Assembly (NCBI GenBank): GCA_035524955.1
Contig: DATLFG010000042.1
Span: 45,791-109,790 of the forward strand
From: Candidatus Limnocylindria bacterium
GTDB taxonomy: Bacteria; Methylomirabilota; Methylomirabilia; Rokubacteriales; CSP1-6
DNA length: 64,000 nt
Direction of reading: 5' to 3'
Shown: piece after piece, positions 9,840 through 19,700 of the stretch
Layout: the number at the start of each line of letters is the position of its first letter
Position numbering within the stretch: the first letter of the stretch is position 1
The notes under the pieces: generated by a model
Seen by the model: the letters and a program-made list of their open reading frames with translations, nothing else
The model's database searches: none
What the model was told of the DNA's origin: nothing
Translations under genes and position numbers: made by a program

Positions 9840-10517
9840 ATGTCCCCCCGTGCATTCCTTGCCCTCGCCACGCTCGGTTGTCTCCTCGTCACGGGCGCCG
9901 AGGCCGGGGCGCCCACCACCACGCTGCGGGCCACGTTCGACCGGGCCAACCAGATCATCGCCGATCCGGCTCTGGAGGAGCGGCCGCTCGAGCGCCTCGT
10001 CGCGATCCGCGCCCTGTTCAGCAAGGTCTTCGACTTCCGCGGCGCGGCGGAGGACGTGCTCGGACGGGAGTGGAAGGCGCGCACCGCGGTCGAGCAGCGG
10101 GAGTTCACCTCCATCTTCTCCGGCTTCGTCCAGCGCGGCTTCGTCTACTGGCTCGCGGCGGCGGCCGAGATCGACGCCAGCGGAATCACCGTCCACTACC
10201 TGGGTGAGTCCGTGGAGCGCGACCGGGCGGGGGTGCGCACCACCATCGTGGGCCGCGGTGGCCGGCAGATCCGCCTCGACCACTGGATGGTCTACCACGG
10301 CAATCGCTGGCTCGTGCGGGACATCACGATCGACGGCGTCAGCCTGATCACGAACTACCGGGCGCAGTTCGAACGCGTGATCCGGGGCTCGTCCTACCGC
10401 CACCTCGTGGTCCGCATGCGGGAACGGGTGGGCGCCGAGCTGCCGCGCCCCGCCTCGGGCGGCGAGCTGCTCAACGCCGAGACGAGGCCGTCGCTCTTCC
10501 TCTACGAGATGCGCTGA
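9840..10517 (+). CDS. MlaC/Ttg2D-family periplasmic lipid-binding protein
   Basis: Signal peptide 'MSPRAFLALATLGCLLVTGAEA', ~200 aa mature protein. 'ALFSKVFDFRGAAEDVLGREWKARTAVEQREF...GFVYWLAA' resembles toluene-tolerance Ttg2D/MlaC. Confidence 0.55.
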   Translation: MSPRAFLALATLGCLLVTGAEAGAPTTTLRATFDRANQIIADPALEERPLERLVAIRALFSKVFDFRGAAEDVLGREWKARTAVEQREFTSIFSGFVQRGFVYWLAAAAEIDASGITVHYLGESVERDRAGVRTTIVGRGGRQIRLDHWMVYHGNRWLVRDITIDGVSLITNYRAQFERVIRGSSYRHLVVRMRERVGAELPRPASGGELLNAETRPSLFLYEMR

Positions 10518-10533
10518 TCCCGCCTCATCGCGC

Positions 10534-10782
10534 CTACCCCTGCGGCCAGAGGCGGGAGCGCCGCAGCAGCCCGACCAGCACGAGCAGCATGCACGCGGCG
10601 GGATAGACCGCCGCGCCGCGCGGCCCGGCGTGCGCGACCAGGTAGCCGATCAGCAGGGCGCCGACGGGCGCCCCACCCATCAGACCGAGCTGGAAGAGCG
10701 AGAGGATCCGTGCGCGGTGCGTCTCCGGCGCGGCCAACTGCACCAGCGTCCGGGCCTGCGTCATGACCACGCCCGCCCCCAC
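10534..10782 (-). pseudogene. C-terminal fragment of an MFS transporter
   Basis: 82-aa ORF 'ILSLFQLGLMGGAPVGALLIGYLVAHAG' resembles the last two helices of MFS exporters. It abuts the OsmC stop with no room for the rest of an MFS gene. Confidence 0.35.
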
Positions 10783-10788
10783 GCCGGC

Positions 10789-11211
10789 TCAGGCCAGCCG
10801 CGTGCGGATGTCGATCTCGGAAACGAGGGTGCGATGCACCGGGCAGCGGTTGGCGATCTCGAGCAGCCGCGCCCGCTGCTCGCCGCTGAGGGGGCCGGTC
10901 AAGCCGATCTCCCGCTCGATGCGATCGAGCATACCCTCCTTCGTCTCGCACTCCGCGCAGTCCTGGGCGTGGATCCGCGCGTACCGCAGCCGCACCGTGA
11001 CCCCCTCGAGGGGCCATTGCTTGCGCCGCGCGTACATGGACACCGTCATGGAAGTGCAGGCGCCCAGCGCGGCCAGCAGCAGGTCGTAGGGCGAGGCGCC
11101 CGCGTCCGTGCCGCCGACCTCGCCCGGCTCGTCGGCGATCAAGCGATGGCGGCCCGCCTCGATCTCCTGGGCGAACCCGGTGGCGCCGCCTCTGACGATC
11201 ACGCTGGCCAT
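10789..11211 (-). CDS. OsmC/Ohr-family peroxiredoxin-like protein
   Basis: 140 aa with '[25 protein letters not shown]' and 'CPVHRTL' (two conserved Cys), typical of the OsmC family. Confidence 0.8.
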   Translation of the reverse strand: MASVIVRGGATGFAQEIEAGRHRLIADEPGEVGGTDAGASPYDLLLAALGACTSMTVSMYARRKQWPLEGVTVRLRYARIHAQDCAECETKEGMLDRIEREIGLTGPLSGEQRARLLEIANRCPVHRTLVSEIDIRTRLA

Positions 11212-11292
11212 GCGAACCTCCTCTGGATCGTGTGCGCGGGCCTGATTATAAAAGAGCGCCCGCCAGCACGGGGTTTGATATCAAGGAAGGGT

Positions 11293-13218
11293 ATGTCCAC
11301 CGTCCTGGCCAAGCCCCCGACCGCCGAGCCGAAGGCGGCCCCATCCGCGGCCGAGATGGGCGCCCGCCAGCGGGAGATCTCGGTCTCCGAGTTCTTCACC
11401 AAGAACCGCCACCTGCTCGGCTTCGACAATCCGCGCAAGGCCCTCCTCACCTGCGTCAAGGAGGCGGTGGACAACGCGCTCGACGCCGCCGAGGAGGCCG
11501 GCATCCTGCCCGAGGTCGTCGTCACGCTCGAGGTCGCGGCAAACGGCGAGGCGGCAGCGCCGGCCAGCCAGGCGACCCGCTTCCGGGTCACGGTGATCGA
11601 CAACGGTCCCGGCATCGTCCGCCAGCAGATCCCGCCCATCTTCGCCAAGCTCCTCTACGGCTCGAAGTTCCACCGGCTGCGCATGAGCCGCGGCCAGCAG
11701 GGCATCGGCATCTCCGCGGCGGGCATGTACGCCCAGCTCACGACCGGCAAGCCGGTGCAGATCACCTCGAGCACCGGGGCGCGGGCCGCGACGCACTACT
11801 TCGAAGTCCAGATCGACACCAAGAAGAACGAGCCGAGGATCTTCGAGAGCAAGAAGATCGACTGGGACCACCCGCGGGGCACGCAGGTGACGCTCGAGAT
11901 CGAGGGACGCTACCAGAAAGGCCGCGCCTCGGTGGACGAGTTCCTCGAGCAGGTGGCCATCGCCAATCCGCACGTGAGGCTCGTCTACCATGCGCCGGAG
12001 GGGGAGACCCGGCACTACCCGCGGACGATCCAGGAGCTGCCGCCGCAGCCCCGGGAGATCAAGCCGCATCCCTACGGCATCGAGTTCGGCGTGCTCCTCC
12101 GGATGCTCCACGACACCCGGAGCCACTCGCTCTCGGGCTTCCTCGCCGGCGACTTCAGCCGAGTCTCCCCGGCCGTCGCGGTGGAGATCTGCAAGACGGC
12201 CAAGCTCTCGGCGGACGCGCGGCCGCGCAACGTCCACGGCGACGCCGCCGAGGCACTCTACAAGGCCATTCAGGCGACCCGCATCATGGCGCCGCCCTCG
12301 AACTGCATCTCGCCCATCGGCGAGAAGGCGATCCTCCACGGCCTCTACAAGCAGATCAAGGGCGAATTCTACACCGCGGTGACCCGGCCCGCGGCCGTGT
12401 ACCGGGGCAACCCGTTCATCATCGAAGCGGGCCTGGCGTACGGGAAGGGTCCGGACCAGGTGGCGGTCACCCCGGACGCGGCCGCGGTCCCGCTCGCGGA
12501 AGGCGAGCAGCGGGAGGACGACAACGAGCTGGCCCGGGTCATTCGGTACGCCAATCGCGTCCCCCTGCTCTACCAGCAGTCGGCCTGCGCGACCTTCAAG
12601 GCGGTGCTCGAGACCGCCTGGCGCAACTACGGGGTGGCCCAGTCCCGGGGCGCGCTCCCGGCCGGCCCCATGGTGGTGTTCGTCCACATGGGCTCGGTCT
12701 GGGTGCCGTTCACCAGCGAGTCCAAGGAAGCGATCGCCGACTACGACGAGATCCGGAAGGAGATCAAGCTCGCGCTGCAGGAGTGCGGGCGCCGACTCGG
12801 CATGTTCCTGCGGCGGCGCGAGCGGGCCAAGAGCGAGTTTCGCCGGCGCAACATCTTCGAGCTGTACATCGAGGAGGTCGTCGAGGCCTGCGGCCGGCTG
12901 AAGGGCGGTAAGCTGGCCAAGGAGAAGCTCAAGGCCCAGCTCCAGAAGATCGCCCTGAAGCGCACCGGCGGTCCCCGGACCGACGCGATCCTGGGTCACG
13001 AGGGCGGTCCGGAAGGCCTCCCCCACTCGATCATCGTCACCGCCGACGGGCCGGAAGGGGAGGCGCCGGCATTGCCCGGCGCCGAGGGGAGCGCTGTTGC
13101 GCCGCCCGAAGAGGCCCGGCCGGAGAAGACCAAGCCCGCGCCCGCGCGACGGAAGGGCAAGGGCAAGGCCAAGGCGGCAAAGCCCAAGACCAAGGCGCCA
13201 AAGCGCAGGAAGAGGTAG
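11293..13218 (+). CDS. top6B: DNA topoisomerase VI subunit B (GHKL ATPase)
   Basis: 'FFTKNRHLLGFDNPRKALLTCVKEAVDNALDA' Bergerat ATP-binding fold, 'TVIDNGPGI', 'GQQGIGISAA'. Directly followed by top6A. Start ATG at 11293 with an AAGGAAGG RBS. Lys/Arg-rich C-terminal tail. Confidence 0.85.
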   Translation: MSTVLAKPPTAEPKAAPSAAEMGARQREISVSEFFTKNRHLLGFDNPRKALLTCVKEAVDNALDAAEEAGILPEVVVTLEVAANGEAAAPASQATRFRVTVIDNGPGIVRQQIPPIFAKLLYGSKFHRLRMSRGQQGIGISAAGMYAQLTTGKPVQITSSTGARAATHYFEVQIDTKKNEPRIFESKKIDWDHPRGTQVTLEIEGRYQKGRASVDEFLEQVAIANPHVRLVYHAPEGETRHYPRTIQELPPQPREIKPHPYGIEFGVLLRMLHDTRSHSLSGFLAGDFSRVSPAVAVEICKTAKLSADARPRNVHGDAAEALYKAIQATRIMAPPSNCISPIGEKAILHGLYKQIKGEFYTAVTRPAAVYRGNPFIIEAGLAYGKGPDQVAVTPDAAAVPLAEGEQREDDNELARVIRYANRVPLLYQQSACATFKAVLETAWRNYGVAQSRGALPAGPMVVFVHMGSVWVPFTSESKEAIADYDEIRKEIKLALQECGRRLGMFLRRRERAKSEFRRRNIFELYIEEVVEACGRLKGGKLAKEKLKAQLQKIALKRTGGPRTDAILGHEGGPEGLPHSIIVTADGPEGEAPALPGAEGSAVAPPEEARPEKTKPAPARRKGKGKAKAAKPKTKAPKRRKR

Positions 13219-13224
13219 CAACCC

Positions 13225-14331
13225 ATGGCGCGCGCAAAGGCGAAGAAGATCGGAGCCGTCGAGAAGAAGCTCATCAGCGTGGCGGACGCGGTGATCACCG
13301 CCGCCGATCGCAGCAAGGACCCCATGCTGTCGATCCCCGTGCGCAGCCTCGCCAACGTCAACTTCAACGAGAAGCGCGGCATCATCGAGATGGGCAAGCG
13401 CAAGCAGGAGCGCACGTTCTTCAACGTGAGCATGGCGAAGAAGTTCATGCAGACGGTGCTGGTGGCCGACGCCCTGTCCGAGCTGCAGCGGGCCGACCTC
13501 ACGACGTCGCTGCGCGAGATCTACTACCGCACCAAGCACACCATGAAGGACTCGAACGAGAACACGTTCGACAACCAGAACGAATCCGACCCGCTGATCG
13601 AGGACCTCGAGGTCTCGCTGGCCGCGCTGCGCGAAGAGCTCCACGTGCGTGCCGAGAACGCGGGCAGCATCGTGGGGCCCGTCGTCTTCGGCGACGACGG
13701 CGACCGGGTGGACTGCGCGCGCCTCGGCAAGGGCGGTTACTCGGTCCCGTCCATCGTCGAGCCCGACTTCATCGAGATCCGCCGCTGCACCGCCGACTTC
13801 GTCCTGCTCGTCGAGAAGGGCACCCAGTGGAACCGCCTCTCGGAGGATAAGTTCTGGCGCCGGTACAACTGCGTGCTGCTCACCGGGAACGGTCAGCCGC
13901 CCCGCGGAGTCCGGCGCCTGGCGCGCCGCCTGCACGAGGAATACAAGATCCCGGTGTACGTCCTCGTGGACAACGACCCCTGGGGCTACTACATCTACTC
14001 GGTCGTCAAGCAGGGCTCGATCAACCTCGCGTTCGAGAGCGAGCGGATGGCCATCCCCAAGGCCAAGTTCATCGGCCTCTCGAGCGCCGACCCCGACCGC
14101 TACGGCCTCCCCCGCAACGTGGGCATCAAGCTCAACGACAAGGACATCAGCCGCGCCAAGGAGCTGCTCAAGTACCGCTGGCTTCAGAAGAAGCCCTGGC
14201 AGGAAGAGATCAAGCGGATGCTCGCGAGCGGCCTCAAATATGAGCTCGACGCGCTCGCCAACAAGGACTTCCGCTACCTGACCAAGACCTACCTGCCGCG
14301 GAAGCTCAAAGAGGAAGACTGGCTGGACTAG
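13225..14331 (+). CDS. top6A: DNA topoisomerase VI subunit A (Spo11-like, 5Y-CAP + Toprim)
   Basis: Catalytic Tyr motif 'SLREIYYRT'. Toprim 'FVLLVEKGTQWNRL...CVLLTGNGQPPRGVRRLARRL...VYVLVDNDPWGYYIYS'. Confidence 0.9.
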   Translation: MARAKAKKIGAVEKKLISVADAVITAADRSKDPMLSIPVRSLANVNFNEKRGIIEMGKRKQERTFFNVSMAKKFMQTVLVADALSELQRADLTTSLREIYYRTKHTMKDSNENTFDNQNESDPLIEDLEVSLAALREELHVRAENAGSIVGPVVFGDDGDRVDCARLGKGGYSVPSIVEPDFIEIRRCTADFVLLVEKGTQWNRLSEDKFWRRYNCVLLTGNGQPPRGVRRLARRLHEEYKIPVYVLVDNDPWGYYIYSVVKQGSINLAFESERMAIPKAKFIGLSSADPDRYGLPRNVGIKLNDKDISRAKELLKYRWLQKKPWQEEIKRMLASGLKYELDALANKDFRYLTKTYLPRKLKEEDWLD

Positions 14332-14360
14332 CGCTCGGCCCCGCATGCCCCCGTCCACCA
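14232..14360 (+). repeat. Direct repeat copy 1: 3' end of top6A plus ~30 nt downstream
   Basis: About 90% identical over ~130 nt to 23643-23772, including the stop codon. Both copies share 'gagctcgacgcgctcgccaac.aggacttccgc.acctgaccaagacctacctgccgcggaagctcaa.ga.ga.gactggctggactagcgctc.gccccgcat.cccccgt'. Confidence 0.7.
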
Positions 14361-15025
14361 TCAGCGTGGTCGCAGTGACGAAGCGCGACGACCCGGATCC
14401 GGCGCCGCGCCGCCTCCCGGGCGACTGTGCGCATGAGTCCGACCTGGGCGTGCTTGGCCGTCACGTAGGCGACCGAGCCCGGCGCGCCCATGGCCCCGAC
14501 GACGCTGGAGGTGATGATGACGCTGCCGCCATCGTTCATGCGCGGGAGCCCGTACTTGCAGGCGAGGAAGGCCCTGCGCACGTGCACGGCGAGAAGCGCG
14601 TCGAAGGCGTCCTCGGGATACTCGGTCACGGGGACCACCGGGCCCTGGTTGCCGGCGTTGCTGAAGGACACATCGAGCGGGCCGAAGCGCGCGACGGTCC
14701 GCTCGATGTAGCCACGCGCCCCCGTCGCCTGGCTGACGTCCGCGGCGACGGCGTCGACGTGCGGGCTGGCGAGGTCGGCGACCGTGCGCGCGAGCGCGGC
14801 GCCGTCGAGGAATAACGTCGGCTTCAGTTCACGGACCAGAACCGGCCACCGACATCGCTTCTTCCCGCTGACTCGTGCGCCGGCCTTCAGCTCGTCAGCG
14901 TGAAGCGAGCGGTACTCGCGAGGGCTGGCCCCCGGAAGCGCACGGCGCGGCGGGCCCGCCGGCCGCCGGCGGGGGCCCTGCGGGCGATCACCGGCCCGAG
15001 AGCAGACCCCACTCCTGGGCTCTGA
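14306..15025 (-). pseudogene. SDR-family gene fragment lacking the N-terminal Rossmann motif and the normal C-terminus
   Basis: The minus-frame reading 'ALARTVADLASPHVDAVAADVSQATGARGYIERTVARFGPLDVSFSNAGNQGP...GGSVIITSSVVGAMGAPGSVAYVTAKHAQVGLMRTVAREAARRRIRV' is collinear with the intact SDR at 8683-9573. The TGxxxGxG N-terminus is absent and the C-terminus diverges and overlaps the top6A stop. Confidence 0.5.
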
Positions 15026-15100
15026 TCACCGCCTTGACCCGCGTATCCACCCCCAGGGCGTCGAAGATGGCCTTCAGGTGGGCCTTGGCCGTCCGCTCGC
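14988..15100 (-). pseudogene. Fragment of a LuxR-type HTH (C-terminal half only)
   Basis: 'AEIAEGPGISERTAKAHLKAIFDALGVDTRVKAVIRAQEWGLL' matches the second half of the LuxR/GerE HTH. No receiver or sensor domain lies upstream. Confidence 0.35.
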
Positions 15101-15198
15101 TGATCCCCGGGCCCTCGGCAATCTCGGCGTGCGCTCCGGGAACTCCTCGGCGACCACGGTGAGGTGGCGCCGGCGGCCCCACCGATGCCGAGGGCCAG

Positions 15199-15813
15199 AT
15201 GCCCGGCATGCGGCCGATCACCAAGCGGCTGGTTCACGGCCGGGACCACGGGGTGGCCCTCCTGGCCGAGGGTCTCCTCGTGGATCCGGGAGACCCCGGC
15301 GAGAAGCTCGACCCGCAGACGCTGGGGTCGGTGGAGCGCGACGCCTACGGAAACGTGCGCCCGGAAGAGCTGGAGCTGGCGCGGCTGCTCAAGACGCGGG
15401 TGGCGGCGAGCCTGGCGGCGCGGGGTATCGGGACCGGCATCGTGGCCAAGGATCTCGGCTACGAGCTCCGCTGCGCCCCGCCGGGTGGGTTCGACATCCA
15501 GTACTGCCGGAGCCTCGGCTACTGGGCCACACGCTTCCTGCTCGACGGCGGCACCGAAGCGCTGGCGACGATCCAGGGCGGCCGGCTGGTTCCGATCCCG
15601 TTCGGGGATCCACTCGACCCGACGACGGGCAAGATTCGCTTTCGCTACGCGGACATCCACTCGGAGGCGTACCGGACGCTCCACGCTTACATGATCCGCC
15701 TCAAACGTGAGGACTTCGAGCGGCCCGAGCAGCGGGAGGCTCTCGCTCGGGCCGCCAAGCTGAGCGAGCCGGAGTTCGTCCACCGTTTCGGATACGTCGC
15801 CGGCTACGGCTGA
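15199..15813 (+). pseudogene. 3' fragment of a pyrophosphate/ATP-dependent 6-phosphofructokinase gene
   Basis: 204 aa: 'IVAKDLGYELRCAPPGGFDIQYCRSLGYWATRFLLDGGTEALATIQGGRLVPIPFGDPLDPTTGKIRFRYADIHSEAYRTLHAYMIRLKREDF' resembles the C-terminal ~200 aa of PFK (group III/PPi type). The N-terminal ~150-200 aa are absent upstream. Confidence 0.5.
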
Positions 15814-16117
15814 GGAGAATGCCCGAGCGAGCATGCGCCACAGAACCGCGACGGTCCGGATGGCAACCACAAGCTACCCACGGGTGGCTCGGATGAACAA
15901 CCTCCTGACACTTCACACCCCAGTCGCCTCAGCAGGTTGATCACGTACCGGGCGGCGTTGGATCAACCGCCCGCTCCCAGCTTGTCTCGAGCCTGGCATC
16001 CGCATCCGCCCTCGGCTTAGAAGTGCACCTCAGGGACCTGCGACGAATTCAGACCAAGTTCCAGTGATACATAGTCGTTGATTACGAGGCAACCGGCGAC
16101 CCGCCGCGCTTCGATGC

Positions 16118-16792
16118 CTAACGGGCTTCTACCAAGGCGCTCAACTCGGCACTCGATCCAGGCAGCAGCTCCGAGGCGGGGGCCAGATAGACGCTGCCGG
16201 GGCGAGTGTTGCGGGTGATCAGCGCACCTGCGCCAACAATGCAGCCGGCAGCGACCGTCACACCCGCCCTCACCGTGGCGTTGGCGCCGATGATGCAGTA
16301 GGGCTCAACGGTAGAATCCCCCAAGACCACACTATGCGGCCCCAGAAAGCAGTGATCCTGGATTTCCGTATGGTGACCCACAACACTTCCGGTCTCGATC
16401 ATCACGTTGCTTCCGATACGCGCGAATGGCTTTATCACCACGTTCTCGTAAACAAAACAGTTCTCCCCGACCACCGCTTCCGGCCATGTCACGGCCCGGG
16501 AGCTCACGTAGCTCACGAGTCGGTAGCCTTTAGCCTGCGCCTGCTGAAACTTCTCCGCACGCAGTTGGTTGACTCTCTTCAGACCGATGGGAACCGCCAT
16601 CAGATACTCCTCCGGCGGATATTGTTGAGCGATCTCTTCAAACGGAACCACGGGACAGCCCTGCAACTCAGGCTGCCTTATGTACGCCCGGTCCACGGTA
16701 AACGCAGCGACTTCGTGGGGTGAATCGTGACTCAGGTAGAAGTGATTCATCTCCGCGAAAGGCTCGTTGCCGAAAATCACAACCTTGCTCAT
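16118..16792 (-). CDS. Hexapeptide-repeat acyltransferase, NeuD/PglD-like sugar N/O-acyltransferase family
   Basis: 224 aa. N-terminal alpha/beta domain followed by a left-handed beta-helix with hexapeptide repeats '(I/V)G.N..I...' such as 'IGSNVMIETGSVVGHHTEI', 'LGDSTVEPYCIIGANATV', 'GCIVGAGALI'. The start ATG overlaps the NRPS stop (ATGA). Confidence 0.7.
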   Translation of the reverse strand: MSKVVIFGNEPFAEMNHFYLSHDSPHEVAAFTVDRAYIRQPELQGCPVVPFEEIAQQYPPEEYLMAVPIGLKRVNQLRAEKFQQAQAKGYRLVSYVSSRAVTWPEAVVGENCFVYENVVIKPFARIGSNVMIETGSVVGHHTEIQDHCFLGPHSVVLGDSTVEPYCIIGANATVRAGVTVAAGCIVGAGALITRNTRPGSVYLAPASELLPGSSAELSALVEAR

Positions 16793-19700
16793 TCCCGAGC
16801 CCCCTCGTTGTCAGCCGCCAGCAAGAATGCCGCCAGCTTGTCGACGGTAGAATAGCGAAATAGATCCGCGATTGCGACCGGCCGGTCTACGAGCGGGCTG
16901 ATACGCCGGTGCAACTGTATGGTTAGCAAAGAGTGTCCGCCGAGGTCGAAAAAATCGTCGTGAACGTCGACCCGGGGAACACCCAATACTTCCTGCCAGA
17001 TCGAAACGAGTTGCTGCTCCAGACCGCCAAGGCGCTCGGACGGAACGGCCCCCAGCTCAACGACTGGGACCGGAGTCGCGCCCGGCGGTGGAAGCGCTTT
17101 GCGGTCGATCTTCAAGTTGGGCGTTAGCGGGAATTCGCGGATTTCGACGAAGTGCGACGGCACCATGATCTCGGGCAGCTTTGCGCGAAGATGGTCGCGC
17201 AGCTCTATCACCGGGACACCGGCGGATCCGTTAGGCGTCACATACGCGACCAGGCGCTTGTCCCCGGGAGTATCTTCACGCGCCAGCACCACGGACTTGC
17301 CGACACCAGGGTGCCCGTCGAGCAGGGCTTCGATCTCGCCGAGCTCGATGCGATAGCCGCGCAGCTTCACCTGGCCGTCGCTCCGGCCCAGAAATTCGAC
17401 ATTGCCGTCGGAGCGATAGCTCGCCACGTCACCGGTCCGGTAGAGGCGTCCGTCAGAACCGCCGAATGGGTCGCTCACAAACCGGTCGGCGGTCAGATCG
17501 GGCCGCTTCCAATATCCGCGAGCAACCCCCTTCCCGCCGATGTACAAGTCACCCGCCGTGCCGATGGGTACCAACTGCATGCGGTGGTCAAGGATGTACA
17601 TAGCGGTGTTGGCGATCGGCCGTCCGATGGGAATCGTGGTCTCGTTGCCGGTAACCGTATAGGTGGACGACCAGACCGTGGTTTCCGTGGGGCCATACAT
17701 GTTGATCAGCTTCCCGAGTACAAGCTCTCCCAGATCCTGGGCCTGTGTTGCGGGAAGCGCCTCGCCCCCCACCATCATCACCCTCAAGCCGCGCAGGGCC
17801 AGACGCGACTCCCGATCGGCGGTCAACAGACCGGCCATTGACGGGGTGCACTGCAGATGCGTCACCTTGTGGCGGGCGATCAGGGCCGGGATGGCCGACT
17901 GCCCCGCCGTTTGCACCGGAACGTCAGCGGCGAGCCTCCGCAAGCGATTCAGATGCTCCAGATGCTGAAACGCGGTTGAGGAGGCAACCCCGAAGTCGAT
18001 CAGGCAGGCAAGCTCATCGATGCCGATTCCCTTCAATCGATGAACCATCGCGAGGCAGGTCTCGACCGTCCCGAATAGTCCGCTCGTCTCGAAGTACCGA
18101 TCGAAGGCGTGGTTCAGGATGCCAGACTTCTCCTCTGGCGTGAGGCTCTGTGCAGCAAACATCTGGCTGAGGGTTTGCCCCGTTGCAGAGGCGCGCTCCT
18201 TGAACGCCGGGAACGACCAGGCGGCCTGCTCGGTCAGATCCAGCGCGCTGGCCAGGTAGTCAATCATCGGCTCACGCACGACTTCGCGCACCTGACCATC
18301 ATCGTCGCCGACGAAGGTATGCAGCATCAGCGTCACGTAGCCATCGCCCGGATGCCCGTGTTCCCGCCACGCTTTACGGTAGATGGAGAGCTTCTCGGCC
18401 AGTTGCTCCACACCTTGCCCCAACAGGTGGGTGAGAATCCGGAAGCCTCCGGTGCCCGCCCTGCGAAACGTCTCCGGGTTTCCCGCCACTGTGACCCAGA
18501 CCGGCAACTCGGCTTGAACGGGCCGAGGCAGGGTCCGCACTTCAACCTCTTTGTGGTCGGGGCCGGGAAAGCGGATCGTTTCCCCCCGCCACAGCCGGCG
18601 GACAGTCTCGATACCGCGAAACATCGTATCCTGCCGGTTGGCGTACTGCTCCGGTTGCAGCACGAAGTCGTTCGGCTGCCAGCCGGAGGCAAACGAGATC
18701 CCGACGCGGCCACCGGAAATGTTGTCTACGACCGACCATTCCTCGGCGATCCGGATGGGGCTGTGCAAGGGAGATACGCAGCTACCCGCGCGGAGGCCGA
18801 TCGATTTCGTGATCGACGCCAGAGCGGCGCTGGTGACAGACGGATTGGGATACAATCCGCCAAACGCACCGAAGTGCCGTTCCGGTGTCCATACCGCGGC
18901 GAAGCCATTCTGGTCGGCGAACTTGGCCCCTTCGAGCAGGAGAGCGTACTTATTGGCGGCGTTCTCTCCTTCGTCGCTGGCGAAATAGAACAGGCTGAAG
19001 TCGATGCCGGCCGCTCGAGTTCCCCTCTCCGTGCCACCGTGGAGGATTACCTTGAACCCACGCGCCATGGTCCAAAACAACTCCAGCACCGAGATGTCGA
19101 AGGAGAGGCTGGTCACCGCCAGCCAGGTCCCCGGTGGACTGTGCGGAATACAATCATCCATTCCCGCGAAGAGGTTCGTGACGTTGCGGTGCTCGACCAT
19201 CACACCCTTGGGCCTGCCGGTGGACCCCGACGTATAAATGACATAGATCAAGTTACTGCCAGTCACGCCGCTGTCCAGATTGTCCTCGGGTTCCCGTTCG
19301 ATGCTCCCCCAGTCAGTGTCGATGCAGACGATCTTCGCGCGATGAGGAGGCAGCCGGTGGAGCAGACCTTGTTGCGTCAGTAGAATCGCGCACCGGGCGT
19401 CTTCGACCATCAACGCCAGCCGGTCCGCGGGATAGGCGGGATCGAGCGGAACATACGCCGCGCCGGCTTTGAGAATCCCGTAGACGCCCGTCAGCAGATC
19501 GATCGAGCGTTCCACGCAAATACCGACGAGCACTTCAGGTCCTGCGCTCAAGTTCCGCAGGTGTCGGGCCAGTTGGTTGGCCGCGCGATTCAGCTCGTCG
19601 TAGGTCCGCCGTTGGTCTCCACAGACCAGGGCTACCGCGTGCGGGGTCCGCTTCACCTGTTGCTCGAAGAGTTCGTGAACGCTCGCGTCGACCGGATACG

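Noticed and set aside
14887-15870. 327-aa minus-strand ORF covering the fragment region
   Set aside because: Low-complexity translation with no family signal. Its span is better explained by the recognisable PFK fragment on the plus strand and by the SDR and LuxR fragments in other frames.
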